From Candidatus Cloacimonadota bacterium (GTDB lineage: Bacteria > Cloacimonadota > Cloacimonadia > Cloacimonadales > TCS61): a stretch of DNA of 53,530 nt. The notes under the pieces were generated by a model that saw nothing but the letters and a program-made list of their open reading frames with translations, did no database searches and was not told where the DNA came from. The stretch is taken from NCBI GenBank assembly GCA_030620155.1, contig JAUXFF010000002.1, positions 1 through 53,530 of the forward strand. Reading direction: 5' to 3'. The position numbers and the translations under genes are program-made. This document shows positions 8,117-17,591 of this stretch, one piece after another. Position 1 is the stretch's first letter. Each line of letters opens with the position of its first letter.

Positions 8117-8262
8117 GGGAATATCTCTTTCTTTTTTTTAGCTCATAAACCTAAATTTAGGGGGAGATTTTCCCAATGGTTATAAATGTATAGAAAATAA
8201 TATGTTAATTGAAAAATAAAAGGTTCTTTGTTACACAACCGGCTACAAAAGAAGGAGGGATT

Positions 8263-9699
8263 ATGAAAAAATTTTTGTTATTATTCGTTATTTTTATTCT
8301 TAGTTTTTCCATTTTATTGGGAAATTCAAACAGCACCCCAATCTTAAATGATCTAAATGAACATTACGAAGTATTCAAAGCTTTATATGACCAGTCCCAA
8401 AAATTCAATCTGGATTCAAAACTTCCAGTAGTAATACAGCAGATGTTCGACAATCAATCAACAGAAAATCTCCATAATCGTGTTTCTATCTACAATGTTG
8501 AAACTACAAGAGAATATATGCTATATCAGATGTTGTACGAAACCTGGGAAGGCGGAGAGTGGGTTTATATTTCTTTAGAAACTTTTACATATAATGATCA
8601 AAACCAAATGATAGAAATTTTGACTCAAATATGGGAATTCGGGGCATGGGTTAACTCAATGAATTTCATTAATACTTATGATATAAATGGAAACATAATT
8701 GAAATGATGATACAAATGTGGGATGCTACCGGTTGGCTCGACTATATGATTATGACAATAGAATACAATGAATACAACCTTATATATCAAATTCAAACGG
8801 AAATAAATATGTTTGTTGAATGGATTATTATTTCAATAACAACATATTATTATGATGGAGACCTGTTGTTGATAGAAGAAATTACACAAGCACATGATTT
8901 TTTCTCTGGCTTGTTAGTGAATTCAGATAGAACTACATATTTTTACGATGCTCAAGAAAATCAGATTGAGAGAATCTACCAGATATGGATAGATAATGAT
9001 TGGGTTAATGATGCAAGAACAACCTGGCAATATGATGGAAATAATTATGAAACCGAACGTATGCATCAATATTGGATTGGAGCTGATTGGGAAAATTCAA
9101 CTAGATATACATCCTCTTATGATGCAAGTTATAATTTAATAGAAGAATTAAAGGAAATATGGTCACCCTACAGGACCTGGGATTATTATAGAAAATGGAT
9201 ATATTCCTATGAAGCACAAGGAGTTATGACGGAAATACTTGCTCAGGACTGGGAAGGTGGAGCATGGGTAAATGATTATCTTTTTACTTATACCTATGAT
9301 GGAGATGATTATTTAATTGAAGAACTTGGCGAAACCTGGGAAGGTTCCTGGGTATATGATGAAAGGATCACATATACTTATCAAGAAACAAACACTGAGG
9401 ATACTGTTATTGATAATTTAATGATCTCACTATATAATTATCCTAATCCCTTCAACCCGGAAACGACTATCTCATTTTCTCTCGCAAAGAACACTAAGTA
9501 CGCGGAGTTAATAATTTATAATATCAAAGGACAAAAAATAAGAGAACTTCCCATCGTCACACCCTCTCCCTCTCAAACCCTCTCTGTTACCTGGAATGGA
9601 ACAGATGATTACGGAAAACCTGTATCTTCAGGAATATATCTATATAAACTGAGAACAGAAGATAACAGTAAATTAAAGAGGATGATGTTACTCAAGTAA
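8263..9699 (+). CDS. secreted repeat protein with T9SS-type C-terminal sorting domain
   Basis: GAAGGAGGG lies 5 nt upstream of the ATG at 8263, giving signal peptide MKKFLLLFVIFILSFSILLG. About 8-9 degenerate repeats of W..G.WVN.....(Y/T)YD..(N/Y).IE follow. The C-terminal tail is YNYPNPFNPETTISF...IYNIKGQKI...GIYLYKL. Confidence 0.8.
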   Translation: MKKFLLLFVIFILSFSILLGNSNSTPILNDLNEHYEVFKALYDQSQKFNLDSKLPVVIQQMFDNQSTENLHNRVSIYNVETTREYMLYQMLYETWEGGEWVYISLETFTYNDQNQMIEILTQIWEFGAWVNSMNFINTYDINGNIIEMMIQMWDATGWLDYMIMTIEYNEYNLIYQIQTEINMFVEWIIISITTYYYDGDLLLIEEITQAHDFFSGLLVNSDRTTYFYDAQENQIERIYQIWIDNDWVNDARTTWQYDGNNYETERMHQYWIGADWENSTRYTSSYDASYNLIEELKEIWSPYRTWDYYRKWIYSYEAQGVMTEILAQDWEGGAWVNDYLFTYTYDGDDYLIEELGETWEGSWVYDERITYTYQETNTEDTVIDNLMISLYNYPNPFNPETTISFSLAKNTKYAELIIYNIKGQKIRELPIVTPSPSQTLSVTWNGTDDYGKPVSSGIYLYKLRTEDNSKLKRMMLLK

Positions 9700-9716
9700 A
9701 TAAGACCTAAATTTTA

Positions 9717-9757
9717 AGAGCCGGAATTTTATCAATGTATTCTGGCTCTTTTTTTTA
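9717..9757 (+). terminator. Rho-independent terminator
   Basis: agagccgga ... tctggctct forms a 9-bp stem including one G-U pair, and is followed by a run of eight T. Confidence 0.65.
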
Positions 9758-9898
9758 TTTCAAAAGTACAATTAAATCCTGTCGTTATTCATTTTCTAAC
9801 AAATTCAAAGAATGAAACTTAGACAAATTCTTATTGACACAATAATTTTATAAAAAATTGTATTCCAGGTTTATTTCTCAGATTAAATTAGGATAATA

Positions 9899-11794
9899 AT
9901 GAAAAATATTGTAAGAATTTATAAAGTAATGCTGCATCACTGGGGTTATCTTGTTGCGGGTCTATTTTTCATGCTTGGTTTTGCCTTCTTTAGTGGAGTC
10001 AGCATTACCATGGCTATACCGCTGTTTGATTATGTTTTTATAGCATCTAGAACAGAAATTATTTACCAGAATTTTTCAACATTTTCAAATGCTTTTGCAA
10101 ATGCTCTTTCTGAGTTTTTCGCTCAAAATCCCAATATTTCAGCTTTAACAAATAAAGACGCTTTAAAACTCTTATCAGATAAAGTTAAGGAGATATTATC
10201 AGTAACAGACCCTCTTCTACTTTTATGGATTATCGGAGCTACTTTAATTATATTAGTTCTTTTTAAAAACATCTTCTTTTATGGTAATAGAGTGATGTTC
10301 GCTAATTTAAGAGGGAAAACAATAAAAGATATCCGAAATAAGATATTCAAGAGGTATTTATATCAATCTTTAAGTTTTTTTGGTAAAAACAAAGTAGGTG
10401 ATTCTCTTGTAAGAATGATATCGGATGTAAAAATTGTAAGTAATCTTTTTATTGGTTCTCTTCTCAGAACTTTTCAGGATATAATATTACTTTTGGTTTA
10501 TACAACTATAGCTTTGCTTTTAAATCCGAGATTATTCCTCATCAGTCTTATTTTATTTCCTTTATTTAGTTTAATTTTGAATTATATCGGGAAAAAAATA
10601 AAAAAATATTCGAAAAGAATTCAAAATCAATCATCGGAAATGTTCTCAAACGTTGATGAAACTTTAAACAGTATGCGGATTGTAAAGGGATTTTCCAGGG
10701 AAAATTATGAATTGGAAAAATTCAAAAAGATCAATAATAAATATTTTCAATTCTGGAGAAAATCAATTGTATATGCTGCAGTTAATGTCCCTCTTTCCGA
10801 AATGAACGGAACTTTAATGGGAATTATTGTTCTTATTATTGGGGGCAGGCAGGTTCTGGCACCGGGAAGTACATTTACTTCCGGACTCTTTATCACTTTT
10901 CTTCTGGCAATCTTCTCAATGCTTCATCCTATGAAAAAAATAACCAAAGCTTATACTGATATCCGGAAAGCTCTTGTTTCTTTAGATAGAATTTCAGTAA
11001 TTTTAAATAGACAATCTGAAATCATTGATTCTCCTTCAGCTATTGAGAAGAAATCTTTTGAAAATAAAATAGAATTCAAGGATGTTTCTTTTTCCTATGA
11101 TGAGCAAATGGAAGTATTAAAGAATATTAGTTTCGATGTAAAAAAGGGAGAGCAAGTTGCTATAATAGGAGGAAGTGGTTCAGGGAAAACCACTCTGGTC
11201 AATTTACTTTCCAGGATGTATGATAAAAATTCTGGTGAAATCCTGATCGATGAAATTCCTATAGAAAATATAAAATTAAAAGACCTGAGAAGACTTTTCG
11301 GAACAGTTACCCAGGAGTCTATTTTATTCAGCGATTCTATTTCCAATAACATCAGATACGGCTCTTTAAATGATATTTCTGATCAGGAAATAATCAAAGC
11401 AGCAAATATAGCTTATGCAGATGAATTTATTGAAAAGTCCCCTGACAAATATAACGCGGTTCTGGGAACAAAAGCTTCCAATCTTTCAGGTGGTCAGAAA
11501 CAGAGATTATGTATAGCTCGTGCAATTGTAGGTGACCCTCCGATTTTAATATTTGATGAAGCGACCAGTGCCCTGGACACTGAAGCAGAACAAAAAGTTC
11601 AGCGAGCAATTGAACAGGCAACAAAAAACAGAACTGTAATTGTAATTGCCCATAGACTATCAACTATATTATCTTCTGATAAAATTGTTGTACTTGATAA
11701 TGGTCAAATCGTAGGAATAGGTACACATAAAGAACTTCTTAAATCCTGTGAAAGATATAAGACTCTTTACAAATTACAATTTGCAGATTTATAA
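9899..11794 (+). CDS. ABC exporter, fused permease + ATPase (MsbA/lipid-flippase-like)
   Basis: 631 aa. The N-terminal half has six hydrophobic segments. Walker A is GGSGSGKTT, the signature is LSGGQKQR, Walker B is ILIFDEATSALD, and the H-loop is IAHRLST. Confidence 0.9.
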   Translation: MKNIVRIYKVMLHHWGYLVAGLFFMLGFAFFSGVSITMAIPLFDYVFIASRTEIIYQNFSTFSNAFANALSEFFAQNPNISALTNKDALKLLSDKVKEILSVTDPLLLLWIIGATLIILVLFKNIFFYGNRVMFANLRGKTIKDIRNKIFKRYLYQSLSFFGKNKVGDSLVRMISDVKIVSNLFIGSLLRTFQDIILLLVYTTIALLLNPRLFLISLILFPLFSLILNYIGKKIKKYSKRIQNQSSEMFSNVDETLNSMRIVKGFSRENYELEKFKKINNKYFQFWRKSIVYAAVNVPLSEMNGTLMGIIVLIIGGRQVLAPGSTFTSGLFITFLLAIFSMLHPMKKITKAYTDIRKALVSLDRISVILNRQSEIIDSPSAIEKKSFENKIEFKDVSFSYDEQMEVLKNISFDVKKGEQVAIIGGSGSGKTTLVNLLSRMYDKNSGEILIDEIPIENIKLKDLRRLFGTVTQESILFSDSISNNIRYGSLNDISDQEIIKAANIAYADEFIEKSPDKYNAVLGTKASNLSGGQKQRLCIARAIVGDPPILIFDEATSALDTEAEQKVQRAIEQATKNRTVIVIAHRLSTILSSDKIVVLDNGQIVGIGTHKELLKSCERYKTLYKLQFADL

Positions 11795-11797
11795 AAG

Positions 11798-12829
11798 ATG
11801 AAATTCCTGTTCTATCTATCCAAAAAATACTCATACTCCATTATAAAACCTATTGTAGAATATTTGGAAAAATCAACAAATGATGAAATATCTTTCTATG
11901 TGTTTCACTGGATAATTAATGAATTTCCTGAAAAATGGTTGAAATATGAAATCTTTGAAACTATTGAAGATGTTATTGATTATAAACCTGATTTTGTAAT
12001 CGCTCCGGGAAATTTTGTGGATTATCGCATCCCCGGAATCAAAGCACAGATCTTCCACGGTCTGGGAGTTGAAAAAAAATCGCACTTTGTAATTAGACCT
12101 TTTTTTGATGTATATTTAACCTCCGGTCCTTTCGTTACGGAACGTTTTAAAAGATTGCAGAGAAAATATGGTTTTTTCCTGGTGAAAGAAACCGGATGGG
12201 CAAAAATCGATCACATTATTAAATATCCCACAAGGGGTTTAAAAAAGAAACTTGATATTCCCGGATACGAAAATATTATACTTTATGCACCAACCTGTAG
12301 TGAAAAAATGCATTCTGCCGATGAACTCTTCCCAATTATTCCTGACATAATAAAAGATAATGAATTCTGGCTGATAAAATTTCATGAACTAATGAAGAAA
12401 AGTATAATTAAAGAATTTAGAAAAAATAAACCTGAAAACTGCAAAATAATTGAAGATACAGATATCACACCCTATCTTCATATTTCCAATATTTTAATTT
12501 CGGATACATCCTCAGTATTATATGAATTTATGATACTCGATAAACCGGTTATCACTTTCAGAACTATTAGCAGGTCTGATAAAGGCATAAATATTACCGA
12601 ACCTGATCAACTTAGAAATGCTATTGACCGCAGCCTGGAAAAACCTGATAAGCTTCATTACAATAGAGTGATTAATCTGAATGAGGTTTGCCCTTATAAA
12701 GATGGAAAAACCAGTGAAAGAATAATCAACACATTAAAAGGAATTCAATTAGAAGACTATCATTCTAAAAAGGATAAGCCTTTAAATTTGTACAGAAAAT
12801 TCAAGGTATTAAAAAAAGTTAGAGGGTGA
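11798..12829 (+). CDS. CDP-glycerol glycerophosphotransferase family protein (TagB/TagF-like)
   Basis: ILYAPT..., ISDTSSVLYEFMILDKPVI and a C-terminal DGK.SERI motif are typical of the Glyphos_transf family. Confidence 0.75.
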   Translation: MKFLFYLSKKYSYSIIKPIVEYLEKSTNDEISFYVFHWIINEFPEKWLKYEIFETIEDVIDYKPDFVIAPGNFVDYRIPGIKAQIFHGLGVEKKSHFVIRPFFDVYLTSGPFVTERFKRLQRKYGFFLVKETGWAKIDHIIKYPTRGLKKKLDIPGYENIILYAPTCSEKMHSADELFPIIPDIIKDNEFWLIKFHELMKKSIIKEFRKNKPENCKIIEDTDITPYLHISNILISDTSSVLYEFMILDKPVITFRTISRSDKGINITEPDQLRNAIDRSLEKPDKLHYNRVINLNEVCPYKDGKTSERIINTLKGIQLEDYHSKKDKPLNLYRKFKVLKKVRG

Positions 12830-12836
12830 CCCGGAA

Positions 12837-13919
12837 ATGATAAAAGCCTTATTTGATTTGAAGATGGAATATCATTTAAACTCCATATTCCCATTGTATC
12901 AGGAACTGGCTAAAGATAAAAATTATGATATCCGGATAAGAGCGGGAAAGGATCCTGAAAAAATCCTGGGTCTATTTTTAATTTCTAAAAAAGAAAAGAT
13001 TGTTTCCTATCTGAAAAAACAAGGATATAAATTAACAAATAACACCAAAGGTTTTGATGTTGTAATAAGCTGCGATGCTCTAAAAAAACCTGAGAAATAC
13101 GGAGATGTTATTCGTATTACTCTTGATCACGGTGTGGGGATCAAAACATCCAGGATACGGAATATAGTTAAACAACCTGATTTTTCTTACCATGTATTTT
13201 TAGAAGGTCAATACTGGTTTGACTATATCAAAAGTCTAGGTTGGGAGAACAAAGCCAATTTCCATATTACAGGACTTCCGAAATTGGATCCTTTATTCCG
13301 GAAAGGCTTTTATGATAATAAAAAATTAAACTCAAAACTCGGATTTGATCCTGATAAAAAAACTGTTCTCTTCGCACCTTCATATAAACCGAGTTGTATC
13401 GATTTCATTAAGGAAAAAATCGTTGATCTAATCCCGAAATATAATTTAATCATAAAACTCCATCCTTACAGTTGGAGCGGAAGATATGCTCCTCATTCTC
13501 ATCACAGGTTCTATGAAAAACTTGCTGAAAAAAATAAGCAATTATATTTAATTCCCAAACATGAATATGATATATATCCATACCTTTACTTTGCTGACAC
13601 CTTGATCAGTGATACATCCAGTGTTATAAATGAATTTTTAGCTCTCGGAAAATTCGGGATAATTTATGTGCTTCCTCAATTCAAACGAAAACACAGTGAT
13701 GGTATGGATGTTCTTTCAATTGCTCCAAAAGAGTGGCTGAAAGGGGCTTTCCCTCACATGTCCAAACCAGCAGACCTTATCCCTGCTGTGGAATCTGCTT
13801 TAAATCCAACTTCAAAAATGAAGAAGAAACTGGATGAATATAGAAATTATTTCTTTTACGGTTTAGATGGAAATTCCAGTAAGCGGGTGAAAGAAAAAAT
13901 TGACGAATTAATCAAATAA
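12837..13919 (+). CDS. CDP-glycerol glycerophosphotransferase family protein (TagB/TagF-like)
   Basis: VLFAPSYK, LISDTSSVINEFLALGK and DGNSSKRV motifs. Confidence 0.7.
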   Translation: MIKALFDLKMEYHLNSIFPLYQELAKDKNYDIRIRAGKDPEKILGLFLISKKEKIVSYLKKQGYKLTNNTKGFDVVISCDALKKPEKYGDVIRITLDHGVGIKTSRIRNIVKQPDFSYHVFLEGQYWFDYIKSLGWENKANFHITGLPKLDPLFRKGFYDNKKLNSKLGFDPDKKTVLFAPSYKPSCIDFIKEKIVDLIPKYNLIIKLHPYSWSGRYAPHSHHRFYEKLAEKNKQLYLIPKHEYDIYPYLYFADTLISDTSSVINEFLALGKFGIIYVLPQFKRKHSDGMDVLSIAPKEWLKGAFPHMSKPADLIPAVESALNPTSKMKKKLDEYRNYFFYGLDGNSSKRVKEKIDELIK

Positions 13920-13934
13920 TAGGAAATTCTTCAC

Positions 13935-14543
13935 ATGGCAGGTAAAAAAAAATTAGAGGGTAAAAATTCCCGAAGAGCGCTGAAATTATTAAAAAATGTT
14001 ACAGCTACTTTAAATAGATATGAAATTCCTTATTTATTGGAAGGAGGAACACTGCTCGGAATAGTACGGGAAAACAGACTGCTTCCCTGGGATAACGATA
14101 TGGATATATCTTTAATTGAAGACTATAAAGACAAGCTTTTATCAATTCTTCCCAAACTCTTTTTCAAAGGATATATTGTCAGGATTAAAAGATATAAATT
14201 CAATGTGGAACCTTTTAAAAAAGGTGAGATCAGAATCATAAAAATCAGGAACAGGAAACTACTATTTATCAAAGGAGACGTCATTCTTGATATTTTTATA
14301 AAAAAGAAGATCGAAGATAAATATTATTGGACTGTGGGAGTGAAAAAACCCGTTCTTAAATCAGTTCCCAAACAGTTTTATGAGGATTTGACCGAATTTA
14401 AATCAAATAACCATTCCTTTATGGTTCCCGAAGATTACGATGGTTATCTAACATATAGATATGGAGATTGGAAGACAACAGTTAAAGAGTGGAATTTCAA
14501 GAAAGATGATAAAGCTATTGTATCAGAACATAAGGATAAATAG
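13935..14543 (+). CDS. LicD-family phospho-headgroup (e.g. phosphocholine) transferase
   Basis: IPYLLEGGTLLGIVRENRLLPWDNDMDISL matches the LicD GTLLG..R...(F/L).PWD.D.D signature. YGDW lies near the C-terminus. Confidence 0.75.
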   Translation: MAGKKKLEGKNSRRALKLLKNVTATLNRYEIPYLLEGGTLLGIVRENRLLPWDNDMDISLIEDYKDKLLSILPKLFFKGYIVRIKRYKFNVEPFKKGEIRIIKIRNRKLLFIKGDVILDIFIKKKIEDKYYWTVGVKKPVLKSVPKQFYEDLTEFKSNNHSFMVPEDYDGYLTYRYGDWKTTVKEWNFKKDDKAIVSEHKDK

Positions 14544-14546
14544 ATA

Positions 14547-15743
14547 ATGGAAAAAAAATATAAAATCGGCTATTTCCTGGTAACCGACATTCAACATATT
14601 CCACCAGTTATTAGATTATATCCTCATCTTGGTGGAATCGTTTTTACCTGCAAAAAGAAAATTTATAATTTTATAAAGGAAAAATATAAAAAACATAATA
14701 TTGAAGCATATCTATGTAAGAATGACAAAGAGATCCAGAGACTTATAAAGAAAAATCGTATCCGTGTTATGATCTATCCGAGCTATCATATTCTTTTCAG
14801 AGGTAAGGCAATTGAAATATTTCACGGTGGACTTTCAGATAAAACTTACGTTGAATCACTGAAAATTTTAGTCTATGATTATGTTTTATTTCCAGGTGAA
14901 AAGACAAAAGACAAAGTAGCAAGATCGGGTTATTTAAAATATGTTCCGGAATGGAAGATTATCGGATATCCAAAATTTGATCCCCTGATAAATGCCAGTT
15001 TAAAGGTAAAACCTATTTTTAATAATAACAAAAAAACAATATTATACGCACCGACCTGGAACAGCAGGAAAGTTGATTTGAAGATTATAAAATTTTCTCA
15101 TTATGGTGAAAGTTCTCTGGAAAGGTGGGGAAAAGAGATCATCCAGGCCCTTCATAAAGATTACAATATAATCATAAAATACCATAGTAGAATATATCGG
15201 GAACCCGGAGATATTTATGAACAGATCGAAAGCATGATAAAAGAGTTGGGAGCTGAAGAAACCATTCAAATCAAAATCGATGATAACATCCTGCCCTATA
15301 TGTATCAGTCTGATTTAATGATTTCAGATATTTCCACTGCCTGCTATGAATGGTTTCATTTTGATCGTCCCATTGTATATGCAAATCCTGATCCTGAACA
15401 TTACCAGCCCTCTGATGACCTTAGTTCAAATACATACGCATGGCAAGCCGGTGATGTAATCAATAAGAAGGAAGATATTCTCCCCTTTGTTAAACGAAAC
15501 CTTGATAATGACATATACAAAGATAAACGTAATGAAATATTTAATTATACTGTATATAAACCTGACGGAAAAGCCACAGAAAGGCAGGCAAACGCTATTA
15601 TCGAATTTTATAATAGATACAAAGATACACCTTACTGGTGGTTAATCCTCTCATCATATATCTTTCGAAGAACAAGAAGAAATATATGTAAATATGTAAA
15701 TATTTATTATCATAAATTTAAGAAAAGTAAAATCGGAAAATAA
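14547..15743 (+). CDS. CDP-glycerol glycerophosphotransferase family protein (TagB/TagF-like)
   Basis: ILYAPTWN, MISDISTACYEWFHFDRPIVY and DGKATERQ motifs. Confidence 0.7.
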   Translation: MEKKYKIGYFLVTDIQHIPPVIRLYPHLGGIVFTCKKKIYNFIKEKYKKHNIEAYLCKNDKEIQRLIKKNRIRVMIYPSYHILFRGKAIEIFHGGLSDKTYVESLKILVYDYVLFPGEKTKDKVARSGYLKYVPEWKIIGYPKFDPLINASLKVKPIFNNNKKTILYAPTWNSRKVDLKIIKFSHYGESSLERWGKEIIQALHKDYNIIIKYHSRIYREPGDIYEQIESMIKELGAEETIQIKIDDNILPYMYQSDLMISDISTACYEWFHFDRPIVYANPDPEHYQPSDDLSSNTYAWQAGDVINKKEDILPFVKRNLDNDIYKDKRNEIFNYTVYKPDGKATERQANAIIEFYNRYKDTPYWWLILSSYIFRRTRRNICKYVNIYYHKFKKSKIGK

Positions 15744-15755
15744 AGGAAGGTAATA

Positions 15756-16166
15756 ATGAAAATCGTCTATTCATATTATGTACTGGATATTGTACATAGA
15801 GGTCATCTTAAAATGATGGAAAACGCAAAAGCTATAGCTGGAAAGGATGGAAAACTTATCGTAGGAATCCTGACCGACGAAGCAGTAATGGAGAAAAAAT
15901 CAAGACCCATTCTCTCATTCGATGAAAGATTTGATCTTGCAAATGCTTTAAAATACGTTGATCTGGTCGTTACCCAGGAAACTTACTCTCCACTACCGAA
16001 TGTAAAAAAAATCAAACCTGATATTTTAATGGAAAGTTCCAGTCATACTGAAGAAGCTATTGAAGAAGCTCGTGAAGTTATGGAAAAAATTGGGGGAAAA
16101 GTAATTGTAATACCGTATTTTCCATCACAATCATCAGCTAATATAAAAAATCAAATAAAAAAATGA
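15756..16166 (+). CDS. HxGH-type cytidylyltransferase (TagD / glycerol-3-phosphate cytidylyltransferase-like), paralog 1
   Basis: 136 aa. YYVLDIVHRGHLKMM carries an intact H-x-G-H motif. Size and layout fit the CTP_transf_like family. Confidence 0.75.
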   Translation: MKIVYSYYVLDIVHRGHLKMMENAKAIAGKDGKLIVGILTDEAVMEKKSRPILSFDERFDLANALKYVDLVVTQETYSPLPNVKKIKPDILMESSSHTEEAIEEAREVMEKIGGKVIVIPYFPSQSSANIKNQIKK

Positions 16167-16963
16167 AATTAGTCTATTCTTATTTTGTACTGGATCTTGT
16201 CCATAAAGGACTATTAAATATGATGAAAAGCGCAAAAGCCATGGCCGGGAAAAATGGAAAATTAATCATTGGTATTTTAACAGATGAAGCTGTTATGGAA
16301 AAAAAACCAAAACCTTTACTCTCTTTCGAAGAGAGATTTGAGCTTGCTTCCGCAATAATATATTCTGATATCGTTGTTGCTCAAGATACTTATTCCCCTT
16401 TACCAAACTTAAAAAAAATCAAACCTGATATCCTGATGGAAAGTACAAGTCATGATGAAAATGAGATTGAAAAGGCAAGAAAATTTATGGAAAGTATTAA
16501 CGGTAAAGTTGTTGTACTGCCTTACTTTCCTCCGGAATTACATACTGATCTCATGAATAAAGAAAATAAGAATATCGTAAAACCTATCGAAGAATTTGCA
16601 AAGCTAAAAGATCTTAAATGGAAAGAAATAACTATGAATATCTATTACTATGAGAAAATTAAAATTGAATTTATAGCCAGAGATATGAAAACTGGCAAAC
16701 AACCTGCTAAAGCATTTGGGTTTGAATGTAGAGGTAAACCCGGCAAATTATGGACACTATTGATAGATTTCTATGATAATAAATTAGAAATCTCAAAATA
16801 TTCAACATACCTTAGAACGAATCCCAACAAATTAAAAGACAGAGTAAGCAGACTGAGATCTCATTTAAGAAAATTAGTTGATATCAAAGATGATACACCA
16901 ATAAGCAATTACAATAAAAACAAAGCCTATTGTTTAAGATTTGATTTAAAAGTAGAATATTAA
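16163..16963 (+). CDS. cytidylyltransferase-like domain with degenerate HxGH motif, fused to a ~135-aa C-terminal domain (possible winged-helix DNA-binding domain)
   Basis: The N-terminal ~130 aa are paralogous to 15756..16166, but the motif reads VHKGLL (second His replaced by Leu). The C-terminal pattern KLWTLLIDFYDNKLEISKYSTYLRTNPNKLKDRVSRLRSHLRKL...KAYCLRFDLKV resembles OmpR/PhoB-type Trans_reg_C by eye. The start overlaps the upstream stop (ATGA). Confidence 0.7.
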   Translation: MKLVYSYFVLDLVHKGLLNMMKSAKAMAGKNGKLIIGILTDEAVMEKKPKPLLSFEERFELASAIIYSDIVVAQDTYSPLPNLKKIKPDILMESTSHDENEIEKARKFMESINGKVVVLPYFPPELHTDLMNKENKNIVKPIEEFAKLKDLKWKEITMNIYYYEKIKIEFIARDMKTGKQPAKAFGFECRGKPGKLWTLLIDFYDNKLEISKYSTYLRTNPNKLKDRVSRLRSHLRKLVDIKDDTPISNYNKNKAYCLRFDLKVEY

Positions 16964-16968
16964 AATAA

Positions 16969-16984
16969 AAGTGAAATTTCACTT
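16969..16984. promoter_or_regulatory. perfect 16-bp palindrome AAGTGAAATTTCACTT (candidate operator)
   Basis: Read directly from the sequence. Its GTGAAATTTCAC core is repeated at 17088-17099. It lies in the only sizeable intergenic gap (180 bp) of the operon. Confidence 0.4.
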
Positions 16985-17086
16985 TTAACATCCACAATTA
17001 TATCAATAAACCTTACATCATATTTTTCTTAACTTTATTTAAAATAAGAAGTTAAAATTACTGCCAATATTTTAATATACTCATAA

Positions 17087-17100
17087 GGTGAAATTTCACC
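17087..17100. promoter_or_regulatory. perfect 14-bp palindrome GGTGAAATTTCACC (candidate operator)
   Basis: Same GTGAAATTTCAC core as 16969-16984. It lies 44 nt upstream of the ATG at 17144. Confidence 0.4.
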
Positions 17101-17143
17101 ATATATTAGTGAAGAGTTCTGAAGATTAATAGAGGTAAATAAA

Positions 17144-17557
17144 ATGGAATTAGTTTATTCTTATTATGTATTGGATATTGTTCATAAAGGTCATCTCAAA
17201 ATGATGAAAAACTCAAAAGCAATGGCTGGAGAAGATGGAAAATTAATAGTTGGGATTCTAACTGATGAAGCTGTTATGGAAAAAAAATCAAGACCTACAC
17301 TCTCTTTTAACGAAAGATATGATCTTGCTTCAGCCATAAAATATGTTGATCTGGTTGTGGCTCAAGAAACATACTCACCAATACAGAATATAAAAATGAT
17401 AAAACCTGATATTTTAATGGAAAGCTCAAGTCATGCTGAAGAAGATATTGTAGAAGCACAAAAGGTTATGGAAAACCTGGGTGGAAAAGTTGTAATAATC
17501 CCTTACTTTCCTACAATATGCTCGACTATAATAAAAACAAGAGTAAAAAATAATTAG
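17144..17557 (+). CDS. HxGH-type cytidylyltransferase (TagD-like), paralog 3
   Basis: 137 aa. YYVLDIVHKGHLKMM has an intact HxGH motif. The sequence is very similar to paralog 1 along its whole length. Confidence 0.75.
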   Translation: MELVYSYYVLDIVHKGHLKMMKNSKAMAGEDGKLIVGILTDEAVMEKKSRPTLSFNERYDLASAIKYVDLVVAQETYSPIQNIKMIKPDILMESSSHAEEDIVEAQKVMENLGGKVVIIPYFPTICSTIIKTRVKNN

Positions 17558-17591
17558 TAAAGGGAAAAAATATCTCAACAAGAAAGATTAT

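Larger units (their letters stand above)
6487..8208 (-). mobile_element. insertion sequence (boundaries not determined)
   Basis: A single long transposase ORF is flanked by non-coding DNA. I could not find terminal inverted repeats or a target-site duplication by eye, so the coordinates simply span the two flanking intergenic regions. Confidence 0.4.
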
